DNA from: Heteronotia binoei
Lineage: Eukaryota
Direction: 5' to 3'
Length of the DNA stretch: 64,000 nt
Assembly (NCBI RefSeq): GCF_032191835.1
Contig: NC_083236.1
Span: 11,098,001-11,162,000, forward strand
This document shows, one piece after another, positions 1-14,230 of this stretch. The notes below the pieces were generated by a model. It worked only from the letters and a program-made list of their open reading frames with translations, searched no databases and was not told the origin of the DNA. Position 1 is the first letter of the stretch. Every line of letters starts with the position of its first letter. Position numbers and translations under genes: made by a program.

Positions 1-2827
1 TTTTTCAAGCAGTGTAAAGACTGTAAAACCAAGTTTCCTTCAACTAATGGGTACAATTTGTGCCTTGGAGAAGACTCATTAGGTTGACTCCTGCACCTGT
101 TGCTTGAACGTCAGCAAACAGGCTTGTAAGAACAGGGCAGTGCATCTCCGTTCCTCCTTAATGGAAACCTCACTTCACCCTCAAACAATTCAGGCTCAGG
201 TGCTGCAGTCTGCACAGCCTCCCCCAAAACACCAGGGAGATTCCACCAAAGCTGTGGATCCTGCTGCTTCAGCACTTCCAACGCCCAAAAAAAGTCAAAA
301 ACAAGTCTTCAAAATGGGCTTCATCTTTGAGTTTGAAAACATTGAAGAACCCTGCGGGACAGTCAACCCCAGTCTGACATAATTCTCAATGCCCTCTGTC
401 CAACCCATCACTCCGGTGGTGATCACTGGTCTAACAACCTCGACACTGGGTACAAAGCAGTCTCTTCCTTCAGCCTCACATCATTCCAGCATGTCTGCTG
501 CTCCGGTGCTTACACTTTATTTCTCCAACTACATCCCTTTGGGGCTACAACAACAGGACAGAGTGCCATCCAAGTCATGGGGACTCAACAAGTACATCTG
601 GAAGTCAGAGTTCAGGATGGTAACTCTGCAGTCCATTCTTCCGCTCATTCCACCTCAAGTATGGCTGGCATTCATAGATCTCAAGGATGCCTACTTTCAT
701 GTTACCATCAGACCTCAACGCAGCCAATTCCTTTGCTTCACTGTGGGTCCTCATCATTACCAATATTGGGTCCTACCCTTCAGCCTCTCAACAGCACCTC
801 ATGTTTCCACCAAGTGCATGGTGGTGGTAGCAGCAGCTCTGCATCTTCAAAGTGTGTCAGTTTTTCCCTGTATTGATAACTGGCTCCTGGTGGTACCTTC
901 CCCTCAGAGACTGACCAAAGGTATAACTGCAACATTAGCCTTACTCCAGAACCTGAGTCTCTGTGTAAATCACAAAAAGGCCATGCTTCAACCAACGCAG
1001 GACCTTCAGTTCATTGGAGCACACCTGAATCTTCCTCCCTCCAGACAGAGCCGCCGCCACCACTCTATTACAGCTGGTTCAGACATTCGTCTGTTAACCC
1101 ACTCAGTCTCCTCACTCCAGTGTGTCCTGGGCCTCATGGCCTCAACAACATTTGTGGTCCCCATGGCGAGAATACACCTGTGATGCTTTCAACTGTGATT
1201 CAGTCACCATTTCAACCCATTGTCGGATCTCCAGTTCACCATTCTGAGTCCACCACAGAATGTCACTTCTTCACTACAGTGGTGGGTGGACATGCATAAC
1301 CTACTACCAGGAATGCCATTCTGACCTCCTGAACCTCAGGTTGTTATTTACGCAGATGTTTCACTGTTAGGATCCCACTATGATGAGTTCCATACCCAGG
1401 GTCGCTGGTCTCTCTCCAAAAAGAACCTTCTCATAAACTGTTTGGAGCTGCTTGGAGTTCACTGGGTGCTGATGTCATTTCACAGTGCTGCAGTCCAGGT
1501 CACCATAGACAATGTGGCAAACATGTACTACATAAACAAGCAGAACAGAACAGCTTCCAGGACTCTGTATTGTCTGGCCCTCCAGTTGTGGGAATGGTGC
1601 CTTTCTCATCATGTGTCTCTGACAGCAGTGCACAATCCTGGTTTGTAGAATGAGCAAGTGGACTCTCTCAACTGCATCAGTCAGATGGAGTACAAGCGGT
1701 CTCTGACTACCATGTATCTTGACACCATCTTCCGGACCTTCGGCCATCCAAATGTGGATGCATTTGCCTCTCACAACAATGTGAAATGCAAGATCATTTT
1801 CTTGAGAGGTCCACTGACAGGGAGACCTTACAGGGATGCTTTCCTTCAGCCATTGTTGGGTCTATATTTTTGGGGTCTACATTGTTCCTCCTTACCCGCT
1901 GATTCCTTGGGTGCTTCAAAAGATTGTTCAAGACAGAATGTTCTGCATCATAATAGCACTATAGTGTCTACGATAACAATGGTTTCTTCTGCTACTTCAT
2001 CTTTCCAAGGGATGCTATCTCAGATTGCCTGCAGATCCTAATCTGCTATCTCAACAGGAAAGCAGGATTCTCCATCACAATCCAGTATTCTTCAACCTCA
2101 CTGCCTGCTGGATCTCACAGTGACCTTTCCTCCTGACGTTTCCCATATTCTCCTGTATGCTTGTTGACCTTCCATGCTCTGTTTTTACGAGCTGAAATGG
2201 AAACATTTCACTATCTATGCTTCAGCATGCAATTTGTTTCCCACACTCAATTTCTCTGGCAGAGATCCTTTCCTACCTGGTTTCACTCCACCAGACTGGT
2301 TTGTCTTTTGCATCTGTAAAAGTTCACCTTGCAGCTCTCTCAGCCTTCCATCATCCAATTGATAGTCGTCCTTTGTTCTCACATGCAACATGCAAAATGT
2401 TCTTGATAGCTTTGTTGAAACTCAACGAACTATAGTCCCTGACTGGAGCCTTTCCTTAGTGCTGTCAAAGCTCATGGGCAAGCCCTTCAAACCTGTGCCA
2501 TGGCCCCTTTTAACCAGTTATTGTGGAAGATCATAGAAGAAAGGTTAATAGCTTGGAGAAACGTCAACTAGGGGTGACATGATAGAGGTTTACAAGATTA
2601 TGCATGGTACAGAGAAGGTAGAGAAAGAAGTACTTTTGTCACTTTCTCACAGTACAAAAACTCATGGACTCTCAATGAAATTGCTGAGCAGTCAGGTTAG
2701 AACAGATAGAAGGAAGTACTTCTTCACCCAAAGGGTGATTAGCACATAGAATTCACCGCCACAGGATGTAGCATCTACAAGCAAAGACAGCTTCAAGAGA
2801 GGATTGGATAAACATATGAAGCAGAGG

Positions 2828-3475
2828 TCATAGAATCATAGAGTTGGAAGGGACCTCCAGGGTCATCTAGTCCAATCCCCTGCACAATGCAGGAAACTCA
2901 CAAATACCTCTCCCTAAGTTCACAGAATCCTCATTGCTGTCAGATGGCCATCTAGCCTCTGTTTAAAAACCTCCAAGGAAGCAGAGCCCACCACCTCCTG
3001 AGGAAGCCTGTTCCACTGAAGAAGAAGAAGAAGAAGAAGAAGACTGCAGATTTATACCCCACCCTTCTCTGAATCAGAGACTCAGAGCGGCTTACAATCT
3101 CCTATATCTTCTTCCCCCACAATAGGCAACCTGTGAGGTAGGTGGGGCTGAGGGGGCTCTCACAGCAGCTGCCCTTTCAAGGACAACTTGGAACCACTCT
3201 GTCAGGAAATTCTTCCTTATGTTGAGCTGGAAACGCTTTTGATTTAATTTCAACCTGTTGGTTTTGGTCCTACCTTCTGGGGCCACAGAAAACAATTCCA
3301 CACCATCCTCTAGATGACAGCCCTTCAAGTACTTGAAGACGGTGATCATATAACCTCTCAGCCACCTCCTTTCCAGGCTAAGCATGCCCAGCTTTCTTCA
3401 TAGGACTTGGTCTCCAGACCCCTCACCATCTTTGTCACCCTCCTCTGGACCCGTTCCAGCTTGTATCTATCCATC
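2828..3475 (-). mobile_element. CR1 LINE 3' end (second subfamily) with a nested SINE
   Basis: LSLERRWLRGYMITVFKYLKG; ttctatga tail. Confidence 0.9.
3017..3187 (-). mobile_element. Squam3-like SINE 3' half with (CTT)n tail
   Basis: Reverse complement of the SINE body at 46990-47250. Confidence 0.85.
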
Positions 3476-6400
3476 AATGGCTATTAGCCATGTGGAACTC
3501 TCTGTCTGGGACAGTGATATTCTGTATTCTTGGTGCTCGGGAAGGGGGGCAATAGTGGGAGGGCTTCTAGTGTCCTGGCCCCACTGGTGGACCTCCTAAT
3601 GGCACCTGGTTTTTTTGGCCACTGTGTGACACAGGGTTTGGGATTGGATGGGCCATTGGCCTGATCCAACATGGCTTCTCTTATGTTTCTATGTTCTTAA
3701 GATAGCCTTTCTTGTGGCTATAACCTCTGCCAAAAGGGCCAGCAAACTCTGCGCCTTCTGAGCAGATGCATCCTTCTTAACTTTTCATAAGGATAAAGTC
3801 ATTCTCAACGCTGATTCGACCTTCCTGCCAAAGATTATTTTAACTTTTCATCTTTTAGGGCCTACTGCTCTGCCAGTATTTTTTCCAGACCCAGTGAATG
3901 AATCACTCCCCGGATAGCTATCGAGCTCTGGCTTTTTACCTAGAGAGAACTGAGGACTTCAGGGTTGATGCTCAACTCCTTGTATTCTATGCTACTCCCA
4001 TGAAAGACCGAAAAGTTTCACCTTAGAGCATCTCCAAATGCTATACAGCTGTCAGGAAAGTGTTCCTGCCATAATTGTCTGGTTCCCAGGTTGCATGAAT
4101 GTCTCCTGTTTTCAGCTACATGTAGTCATTCCAACAGTGTATCACTTTCTTTCTATACTGTATGTTTATGGAATTGTATGCTTATGGGGGGTGGGATTTC
4201 AGTTTTGCTTGCTTTGCATACAAATGTTGCTTCTGCAGCAAAGACACTTATCAGGTTGGCATGGTAACAGCATTCTCTGCCAGGATTTCTTCTCTAGGCC
4301 GGCTGGCCTTGAAAGTACTGAAAATAGTTTGCTGGGAGACACCTGGATAGGGAAAAGTTTGAATTGACTTTTCAGCTGGGATATTCTGGTGGAGTAAATT
4401 GGGTTAACCATTGCTTGCATATAGAAGTAGAGACATGACCGTTATTGTTAGTCCCGACAAGAGCTGTCCATGTATTAACTTTGATCTTCAGTTTTAATAA
4501 AGCCTTTATCAACGAACTCATCTGAGAAATTTATTGGAGCTGACACCTAGCTAAACCTGACAACGGCTCTACTTTCAGCTAGCTAAGCAGCACTTACCTA
4601 TTCCCTGGGCTCACTCCACAAGGGCTGTTTCCATATCTGCAGCATTTCTAGCTGGTGTTCCTGTCGATAACATTGAGCTGCCACCTAGTCAACTCCCTCA
4701 ACTTTCACTTTGCACTATACCTTGGACATCAGAGCCAGATGTAATTCCTCCTTTGGACATGCAGACCTCCAGTCCATCTTCTACTGATGCTACCTCCATC
4801 ACCTCTGGTGAGCTTAACATAAGGAAGCAATATGTTATTATGGTGTCTACTAATGTATTTCTTTTGAGTCTTACAGAGCTACCAGCACCCACCATCCAGG
4901 TCACTCCAGCTCACTAGTCACCCATACGTGGGACTGCACAGAGACCATAAAGAAGATAAACAGGTTGCTTACCTGTAACTGATGATCTTCTAGTGGTCAT
5001 CTATGCAGTCACACATGTCCACCCAACCTTCCCCACTGCTGTGCTGACATCTCTTGTCCACTTACCTTTACTGATTAGACTTACTACCAGCATCTGGAAG
5101 GAACTGAGCAGGAGGCGGCTTTCTTCTCATCTCCAGGCATATGCTGTTGATGCCTGCTCCCCAGAGTGGAGGAGAAAACCCTCCAAAAAGACAGGGATAA
5201 ACTTTGAAGCTTCCAGTTGAAGATCAGCACAGGTGCAGTACATTCCACTATTTTAATAAAGAAGGGGTAGATACAACCACTTTGCGCAGCAGAGCTTGAA
5301 GCCTTCCTCTCATTTTGAGTGGTTCTCCCTCTAATGGAAGGCTTCCAGCTTCACTGAGCAGAGTCGCTGGGTCTATTCTCTTTCTGTAATATGCTAGTAT
5401 CATGGGTGATTTGGGATTGAGGAAGTTTAATAAAACTTACACACAAAATACATAATTGGCCCTAAGCACAGGTATATTTAGCCCCCGTTTTCAGCGGAAT
5501 GGCAAGCAACATTGAGTCCTCCATGCAGGAAAGTGGTGCAGGATATAAATCTAACAATAAATAAAATAAAATCGAGGGGCAAAGGTTAGAATAACAGAGA
5601 AAGAAAACTTGTGCCAAAGTAGTTCTGTTATGGCCCACAACTCACTTTAAAGTATACTCTTTGTCAGTGATGACGGTGAAGACATTGTACTTCTCCACCA
5701 GCATTGTGTCTACTTAGTGCTGTTGACTGATACTGTTCCACACTGTAAGATGTCCTTTACCTTGGCCCAGGAGATAAAAGAGCAGACACCTTCTCAGCAC
5801 TTTGTGAATGAAATCAATCATAGTTGATTGGCCTTTTCCTCATTAATTACAGAGATGTGTTCTTGAGGCCTTACTGTCACATATATAAGGATACCTTTAG
5901 AGTGGGACAGCCTGCTGATGTGGATATAATGCTGGATCCAGATCACTGCCAGGAGAGTGAACCTGAATGACTGGGACTTTGGCAGCATATTGAGCCCCTG
6001 AAATTCTGTTCTTGGGTGCCAAGGGACCCTCATCTGGCTCTGGGCTCTTGACTTGGAAGCCTCTGAGGAGACTGAGGAGCAAGAAACATGCCCTCCAGGA
6101 GACCAGAAACTTCAAAAGACCTGTGCAGGGCAGATGCTTCCGGTCCGTCAGCTCCAGAACTGGCCCCTGAGGAGCCTGCAGAAGGAGCTTCTCTGCCAGA
6201 ACTTGCCTCTGCCCCTCTAGGTTTTGGGGCAGTTAAGTGCAGTCCAGGATTCAGTCCACCAGAATCCACCTCCACCCAGCAGGAATGGCAGAAGCAGAGG
6301 TAGTCCAGAAGCTGAGATAGTCCAGTGAAGGCTCAATGCAAGGCTAGCAGCCCATGCTCCACTCCTGGGCCAGAGCATGGTGGATGTGATCCTTTGCAGG

Positions 6401-6809
6401 ATTCTGGCCCCAGTTAACCCTGTATAGATGAGTCCTAGGTGCTGCTTCTGGAGCAGGAAGAGCTGATGTCCTCTTAGCCTATTTAAGCCTTGACCGGAGA
6501 GGGGAATCTTGCTGGACCCGCTGTTCCCCTAGATGTAAGCCTGTGTCCCTGTTCCAGCTCCTGTTGATGCACAAGCCTTGTGAGCCTGAGGGCACTACCA
6601 CTTGAGGAGACCTGACTGGCCCTGAATACGGGACTAAAGGGGAGTGCTCCCTTAGAGGGAAGAGGAAATAGGCAAAAATTGTCCTTCCTTCCTCTGGAGG
6701 AGAAATAATACCTTTGGATCCAACCCAAAATAGTTAGAGAAGTGATCCCAACAACTTTCCCACTGGATTGTTGTCCATCCTCATTAAACATGCCAGAAGT
6801 GGACTGACA

Positions 6810-7460
6810 ATGCCTCTGGTTTTAAACATGTCAGAGCCTTTGTGGAGAGGATTTCTCGGGTGCTTAATAATCAGCCAATGTATATCTTACTGTTCTTAGG
6901 CAAAGCTTTGGCAACATGGTGGCTTCACAGTTCCAGCTGTTTCTATATGAGGCCAGATTACTTAGGTCCTTTCCAATCTGTGGTCCAACCTGGGCATGAC
7001 ATAGAAACTACTTTGGTTGCCCTGACAGGTGATCTTTGCTAGTCAGTAAGCTGGGAGTGTACATGTCCCTCTCAATGACTTTGGATACCACTGACCTTCT
7101 AGACTTGATATCCTTCTAGACTGCCTGGCCAGAATGACCTGGAGGTTTTGCATTGGGTCTGGAATTTTCAAAAGGTGGTACTTGGGTACTTCTGTTCTGC
7201 CGCATGGCAGGCAACATAGGTGGGCTTTTGGGGTGCTGCAAGGCTCCATCTTACCTTCTATTTTGTGTAAGATCTGTATGGAAAAAAATCACCCAGAGAT
7301 TTGTGTGGTCAGTATGGCCACTGTGTGACAGAGTGTTGGACTGGATGGGCTGTTGGCCTGATCCAACATGGCATTTCTTATGTTCTGGTGATACCCAGGT
7401 GTGTCTCTCTTTCCCTGTAACTCCAAGGAGGTGGCAAATGTGCTGAGCTAGCATCTGGAG
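6810..7460 (+). mobile_element. Degenerate L2-like LINE RT fragment containing a short CR1 3'-UTR insert (about 7310-7390)
   Basis: PFQSVVQPGHDIETTLV and QGSILPS motifs homologous to the L2 copy at 8870-11385. Confidence 0.7.
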
Positions 7461-8025
7461 ACAGTGGTGGACTAAATGAGAGCAAGGGGACAGAAATGTA
7501 GTCTAGGAAAAAAAGGAAGCATTGTGGTATGGGAATAAGGCTGATATGGGAATAGGTAGACAACCTGTTCTGGATAGAGATGTACTCCCAGTGCAGGATC
7601 AGTCTGGAGGTATTCCTGAACTGTTCATGGTCTCTAGGTAAAGAGGTGGCATAGATGGACACGAGTGCTTTCTACCAGCTCAGTCTGGTTTGCCATTCAC
7701 TGCCATTCCTGGAAAAGATGACCTGGCACTGACATGTTGGGTGAACGCACTATTCCATCTTTCTCTGCATTCATTTGTGCCAATCTGCCCATGTCCGTTA
7801 TAATGAAAAGATTGTTGTTGCTTGTAAAGAAATATAGGAGCAAGAACAAGGGCAACATCCAAACATAACCTGAAAACCTTCATGGTGATCCAAAGCTTAG
7901 ACCCAAAGGAAGAGGTTTGACAGCCATGATTTGGCCAGTCATTCTCCAGATGAAGCACAGTGCCTTTGTGGTATTTTACATTATGCTGCATGTGTTCCCG
8001 ATGCACTTTTCTGCTTTCCTTTCAG

Positions 8026-8209
8026 GTTCTGCACAGTTGTGTTTATGGCTCAAGTACACATACCCAGCAAAGCCATTATTTGTTAAGTCTAGCAGACCTT
8101 TCCAGTGACAGCTATGATCCATTTTTGCCACTTGGAAATATCAGGAATTCTGAACACATGCAGTTTCAGTCTTCTGCAGACCTGAGTAATTTGCTGACTG
8201 TTGTTGAAG
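8026..8209 (+). CDS. RALGAPA2: RALGAPA2 internal coding exon ([36 protein letters not shown]...NLLTVVE)
   Basis: Polypyrimidine-ttcAG acceptor and aag|GTAAGG donor. 184 nt, phase 0 to 1. Peptide matches my recollection of vertebrate RALGAPA2 (GSSTYTQQSHY..LADLSS.DYDPFLPL) rather than RALGAPA1. Confidence 0.95.
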
Positions 8210-8869
8210 GTAAGGAACTATTTGGGAAGCGGCAATTCATTTGAGCTGGGAAATGTAATACTTTTATGTATGAAAAACACATGCTTTGCAAGATCTCATC
8301 ATGAGAAAAACATTTGGAGTTCTCTCTAGGAATTAACTAATGTCAATATCTAGTCATCGCCTGCTTCAGTAAAGGAAAGCTATTAGCAAACTAGCATGCA
8401 GTTTTTAAAAACTAAAAGGAATCCGTGAGTCCCCAAGATGGTGCTACACATACTCTCTGGTGGCTCCCACATTGTGCAAGGGCCTGCCATCAGGAAGGCC
8501 CACATGCTCCTGTCACTTCACAGAATGTGGGGAACAGAATTGTTCAGGGGGGCATTCTTACAGAGGGAGCAGATTTACAGTATAATGGATGAGCTCAGGA
8601 GGTGACTTCTGTAAGGAATGGATTTTTCCTGCATTGATTGCTCCGTTACCTCAGACAAAAATTCATCGATTCCCAGCTGTTCCATTGTTTTGCTTTATTA
8701 AGAATCTTGCTGTTAGATTGAATTTTATTATATAAGGAATAAATGTTACTTACACTGATGTCATAAACAAGCTGTGCATGTGCTGGTTTTCCAATTCTTC
8801 AATCCCAGCCCCCCTTCATCATTTTGCTTCAATAAGAATCTTTACTGTTAGATTGAATTGTTCTGTATT

Positions 8870-11385
8870 ATTTATTATTATTTATTTATGACATTAAATT
8901 TCTATCCCGCCAACTCCGCAAGCGGACTCAGGGCGGCTAACAACATTCATTTTCACAAGTTAAAAACCAATAAAAGCCAATAAAATATTATTACAATTTT
9001 TAAATTTTCTGAAAAACCATTTCATGGTGCTGTATCGCTACAATATACAATGTAGGCGAGTTCTTCTTTTCAGACGGTGATCACCTAGTACTCTATATAA
9101 TGTCGAGTGGCAGCTCTCTCCCGGTTAGATATCAATGGCCTGTTGAAACAATTCGGTCTTACAGGCCCTGTGGAAAGTGGAGAGATCCTGCAGGGCCCTT
9201 ATGGCCTCCAGGAGGGCATTCCACAATTCTGGTGCTGCCACCGAGAAGGCCCTAGCTTGCGTCGAACGCAACCTAGCCTCCTTTACTCCAGGGATGGACA
9301 ATAGATTTTTTGTCCCTGAACCCAGTGCTCTCTGGGGAATATGTGGAGAAAGGCGGTCCCACAGATAGACAGGTCCCTGACCATAAAGGATTTTAAGGTC
9401 AATACTAACACCTTGAAACGGACTCAGAACACAATAGGTAGCCAGTGCAGCTTTTTCAGCACTGGCCGAATGTGCTCCCATCGAGGGAGCCCCATTAACA
9501 GCCGTGCTGCAGCGTTCTGCACTAGCTGTAGTTTCCGAGTCAGCGTCAAGGGTAGCCCCATGTAGAGAGCATTACAGTGATCTATTCTTGAGGTGACCGT
9601 AGCATGGATCACCATTGCTAAGTCGTCATGCTCCAGGAAAGGGCTGCACCCGCCGAAGATGAAAAAAGGCAGATCTAGTAGTGGCTGCTACCTGGGCCTC
9701 CATTTTAAGAGAGGACTCAAGGAGCACGCCCAAGCTCTTGACCTTAGGGGCCGGTATTAGTGACACCCCGTCAAGAGCCGGCAGAAGGATCTCCCCGCCG
9801 GACCACCCCGGCTCAGGTAGAGAACCTCCATCTTCGTTGGATTCAACTTCAGCCGACTCAGACTGAGCCAAGATGCTACGACTTGCATAGCCAGGTCTAG
9901 ATTTTCCGGGGTACAATCGGACTGGCTGCCCATCAATAGATAGAGCAGGGTGTCGTCTGCATATTGGTGACAACCCAGCCCATACCTCCTGACAATCTGG
10001 GCAAGGGGGCGCATATAGATGTTAAATAACATCGGGGACAGAACTGCTCCCTGTGGCACACCACATATAAGTGGGTGCTTTTGGGATGATTCCTCCCCTA
10101 TCACCACCCTTTGTCCCCCATCTTGGAGAAAGGAGGTCAGCCACTGTAAGGCGGACCCCTGAATCCCCACGTCAGCAAGGTGGCTAGTCAGTAGCTGATG
10201 GTCAACCATATCAAAGGCAGCTGACAGATCTAATAACAACAGCACTGCTAAGCCGCCCGATTCAGATGTCACATGAGGTCATCTATGAGAGCAACCAGAA
10301 CTGTCTCTGTGCCGTGACCTGGTCGAAAGCCGGACTGGAATGGATCCAGTGCGGAAGTGTTATCCAGGAATCCCTGTGGCTGAGTTGCCACCGCCCACTC
10401 TATAACCTTACCCAAAAAGGGAAGGTTTGATACCAGCCAATAGTTCGCCAATATGGCTGGATCTGCAGATGGTTTTTTCAAGAGGGGACGGACCACAGGT
10501 GGTTTTTCAAGAGGGGACAGACCACAGCCTCTTTAAGAGGTGTGGGAAACATCCCTTCTACCAGGGATCTGTTAACAATACCTTGTAGTGGCTCGCGTAG
10601 CAACGCCTGGCTAGCTTTTATAAACCAGGACAGGCACGGGTCCAACCCACAGGTCGTAGGGTGTACAGTAAAAAGGATCCTGTCGACTTCCTCCAGGCTG
10701 AGTGGATTGAAGGAATCTAGAATTGGACCAGAAGACGTGCTCGGTGCCCCAAGTTCTTTGACTGTATCAATTATGGCAGGAAGGTCACGTTGGAGCGACG
10801 AGACCTTATCTGTGAAAAACTTGCAAAAGCCTCACAGCCAATTTCCAGTTCTCTAATGTTTGGTTTACTTTGCAGTAAAGTTGTTAGAGACTAAATTATA
10901 CTAAACAATTGTGCTGGGCGCGAGGTCGCAGACGCAATCCGGGATGCAAAGTAAGTCTTCTTTGTGGCCCGGACTGCCATCTCATAGGTCCGCATAAATG
11001 ATCTATAAGATGTTCTCGTAGCTTCATCGCGAGTGTGTCGCCATTGTCTCTCTAGTCGCCTTAATCGCTGTTTCGATCGCAGCTCCGGGGTATACCACGG
11101 AGCAGATCGTGAACGAGGATGAAGAGGACGTCGGGAGGTGATCTTGTTGATGGCTGTAGAGAGCTGGTTATTCTAGATCTCCACCAGCCCATCCAGCGAG
11201 TCACCAGAGGGCCAGGGATCATGCAAAGCCATTTGAAGCCACAAAGGGTCCATCTGGCTTCGTGGGCGAGCTAAAACTTGCTCACCGCCTAAACGGGGTG
11301 GGAGCCCTCAGGGCATGGTGGACAGACCACGTATTATAATCCTCGCTGATTAGCTGTCTTTCTTATACTTCTAATCCACCCAGAC
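8870..11385 (-). mobile_element. L2-clade LINE, 5'-truncated (linker, RT, 3' end, TAAA tail)
   Basis: APWYTPEL, GFRPGHGTET, LDLSAAFDMVDH, GVPQGAVLSP, YADD and LHWLP motifs with frameshifts. Confidence 0.9.
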
Positions 11386-11744
11386 CCACACTCCATTATT
11401 CTATTTTACTGCAAATATTTGCTGCTTGATTCGGACCTTTTTATCTTTCTTTGGAATTTGCTTGCTGTTTGACTTAATGGTTCATATCATATTTGTAATC
11501 TGTCTTGAGTTCCAGTGAGAAAGGCAGACTATAAATGAAGATTAATAATAATAATAGTAATAATAATAATAATAATCTCCTGTCTAGTATGAAAAGTGAG
11601 CTGTATAATAGAGTTTAATGCCAGTGAAAGAAAAAATGTTTCCAGTTTTTGCCCAACGTAGGCAGCATTTCTATCTTCTGTTCAGTGTGGTCTTACCTGA
11701 GTTTTAATAGAACAGATTTTAGTCCAAATAATAGAGATTTAATG

Positions 11745-11970
11745 GAACAGATTTTGAGTCCAGTGGCACCTTTAAAACCAACAAAAGTTTATTCAAGGTA
11801 TGAGCTTTTTTGTGCATGCACACCTATTCTGATACATAGATGTATCTGAAGAAGTGTGCATGCATACAAAAGCGCATACCTTGAATAAACTTTTGTTCAT
11901 ATTAAAGGCGCCACTGGACTCAAAATCTGTTCTGTTCCTTCAGAAAAACATGGCTGCCCACCTGGATCTT
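11745..11970. mobile_element. Inverted pair of Penelope-like terminal-repeat remnants
   Basis: 11750-11825 is the reverse complement of 11855-11932. Degenerate hammerhead core CTGAAGA...(G>A)AAA. Confidence 0.7.
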
Positions 11971-12434
11971 ACTTGATTTAAATTTGTAATAAAATTGTTC
12001 TGAGTATTTGTACATCTCTGCAGCTATTATAAACAGCTATTTGATCTGTTGAGCTTCTGTGGGCAAAGACTTCTGTAACTAGGAAACTATCATTATATCT
12101 CATTCTGAAATGGGCCTTAGAGTATGGATTTGAAAAATCCACAAAGGCAAGGCGCAGACTGGGTGGATTTTTCTACATATCGAAGGGAAGTCCCAGTTCT
12201 CAGAAAACTCTGAAATCTTAGGGGGATTTTAAAAAATAACCACGTAATAGAAGAAATATCTGTCGTCTTAAGAGATAAATGACCCTGAGATCTCTTGAGA
12301 TTACTTTCTGAGATCTTGGTGGCCATTGCTTAGGGATGACAACAATATTGCCAAACCTTTGCAAACTCTGGTTTCTGTCAGTGAAGTCAGTGGAGAGAGG
12401 CCGGAAAGAGATAGAAGATGTGAAGGGAGTAAGG

Positions 12435-13043
12435 TGTAAGGTTTTGCCCAGAATCTATCACAAGATCTCTTGAGTAAATGCAAAAGAAGCTTTTAATGAA
12501 GAATCAGGTAGCAAACCCTTGTAGCATGTGCACACAAGACTACTTGTCTTGCCAGACTGGCATAAAACAAAAGTTACAGTCCAAATATAGGCTATAGCTT
12601 AATGGCCCACTCAAAAGTCTTTGAAAGTTCCCAGACTCTGATGTTACTCTTCTTCAGGGTTGCATTCCAACTTGCAGACATCTTTCACTGTTACCTGTCT
12701 TTCATTATCAGGGAGACTAGATTTGGCCCTTGCTTCGCACAGTGGCTTACCCTCTACTGTGGCCCCCTTTCCCCCCAACACTATTCTACATAAACCTTAA
12801 AATAATACAGTGAATATATATGGTTAGTGAACACTGGTGTTGTAATACATGGGTTAGTATAGTTATGAATATAAGTGCATGAATATATGTATGAACACCT
12901 AAAGCAATAATAGTTATGGATATATTAATGTACTTTGGATAACTGACTTTTCATCAGCAATGACAATACTATTATGAAAATCAATAGACGGTTTCTGAAC
13001 CACAAGTTAGAGACATATCCCTGTCAGGGACTTGTACCTGACA
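12435..13043 (-). mobile_element. Solo LTR, 609 bp
   Basis: TGTAAGG...CCTGACA termini and a perfect 5-bp TSD TAAGG. ATTAAA on the minus strand near one end suggests the orientation. Related copy at 21834. Confidence 0.85.
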
Positions 13044-13467
13044 TAAGGAGAAAGAAGGGGGAGAAGTAGAAAAAGGAAATAAAAAGCTGGGCAGGAGGAA
13101 AAGAAGAAAAGGGGAGAGGTTGCCTGGGGAGGGAAAGAGGGAAAGCTGAAGTGGATAAAGGTACATTGATTGGTGGGTAGGGGGGAGAGAAGGAAATGGG
13201 GAAAGGGAAGAGGCTATGGAGGTTGCCAAGAAAAGGTGAAGAGCAAATAGTGTGGGAAAAGGGAATATGGGGTGGAAATGAGACGCGCCTTATGACTCCC
13301 CATGGGTCACCCCATTTCTTATCTCTAAGTCTCATGTCCATGACTCAGAGAACCGGAGCAGATAAGCCATGGGAAAACTTGAAGAAGCATTCCTTCAGGG
13401 AACTAGGACTCAGACTTTGACGGCCATGCATAGAGTTAATTACAGAAGTCAAAACAATAGGTTATAC

Positions 13468-13608
13468 CAGGGGTGGCCAACGGTAGCTCTCCAGGTGGTT
13501 TTTTTTTTGCCTACAACTCCCATCAGCCCCAGCCAGCATGGCCAATGGCTGGGGCTGATGGGAGTTGGAGGCAAAAAACATCTGGAGTGCTACCGTTGGC
13601 CACCCCTG
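13468..13608. mobile_element. Palindromic hAT MITE (141 bp)
   Basis: CAGGGGTGGCCAACGGTAGC TIRs and a perfect 8-bp TSD GGTTATAC. Confidence 0.92.
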
Positions 13609-14230
13609 GGTTATACAAATAAGTTAAGCATTAGGGCAAGTATCTTCGTTAATAACTGCAAAGGAAGTATTCATGTATTCTGAGGCAGACATCATTACTT
13701 CCCCAGAAAGCTGGTGTAATTTGGCCAATTTATTCCAACCAGGTGTTTCCCTAATGGCGGCTTTATCAGGAACCCCATATTTTCGCTTAGGAGGCGAGTA
13801 TAGTGTAATACCACTTTTTCTCTCATTACTTTGGTGGCCTTGGATGAACCTTTGGTTTTCCTGTAGTTCAACCAGGCTGTCACTAGAGCAAGTTTTTAAG
13901 TAAGTGGGCAATCTTTTTTTAAAAATATAGCTTGACCCACATGGATATCTACCATTGAAGACAATAAAAATATAGTTTTGGTTTTGGTTCATAGATGGCT
14001 TATCCATTGTTCTTTATAAAAAAACAGTACAGTAATTCTCTGTTTCTAGATGCTAATAGTCTGTTTTAAAATGCATGCCATTTTAAACAAAACTTCGCCT
14101 TCTCATAATGGAGAATTAAAATTTCAAAAGAGTAAAACTCCCTACATAACTTGCTGGACACAATGAAAAAGTTGGTGCATATTTCAGTGAGTTTATTCCG
14201 CTGATGCTTGTTTTTGTTGATCACTTTCAG

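Larger units (their letters stand above)
2532..3697 (+). mobile_element. CR1 LINE 3' end inserted in the YR gene of DIRS copy A, itself split by a minus-strand CR1
   Basis: LRGDMIEVYKIMHG-type RT C-terminus, ttcttatg tail, aagat duplicated at both ends. Confidence 0.85.
1..5255 (+). pseudogene. Decayed DIRS copy A (gag remnant, RT/RH/MT, YR, ICR at about 4915-5010, right ITR at about 5080-5250); interrupted at 2532-3697
   Basis: Starts in the gag Zn finger (FKQCKDC). RT motifs with stops and frameshifts. ICR is very similar to that of the intact copy. Confidence 0.92.

Noticed and set aside
5626-6809. Possible solo LTR (TGTTA or TGTCA ... TGACA, ATTAAA near the end)
   Set aside because: LTR-like composition but no matching TSD for either candidate start; left unclassified.
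5250-8025. Preceding RALGAPA2 exon (expected LLDWCMALP...)
   Set aside because: No matching peptide found in any frame; presumably upstream of the window.
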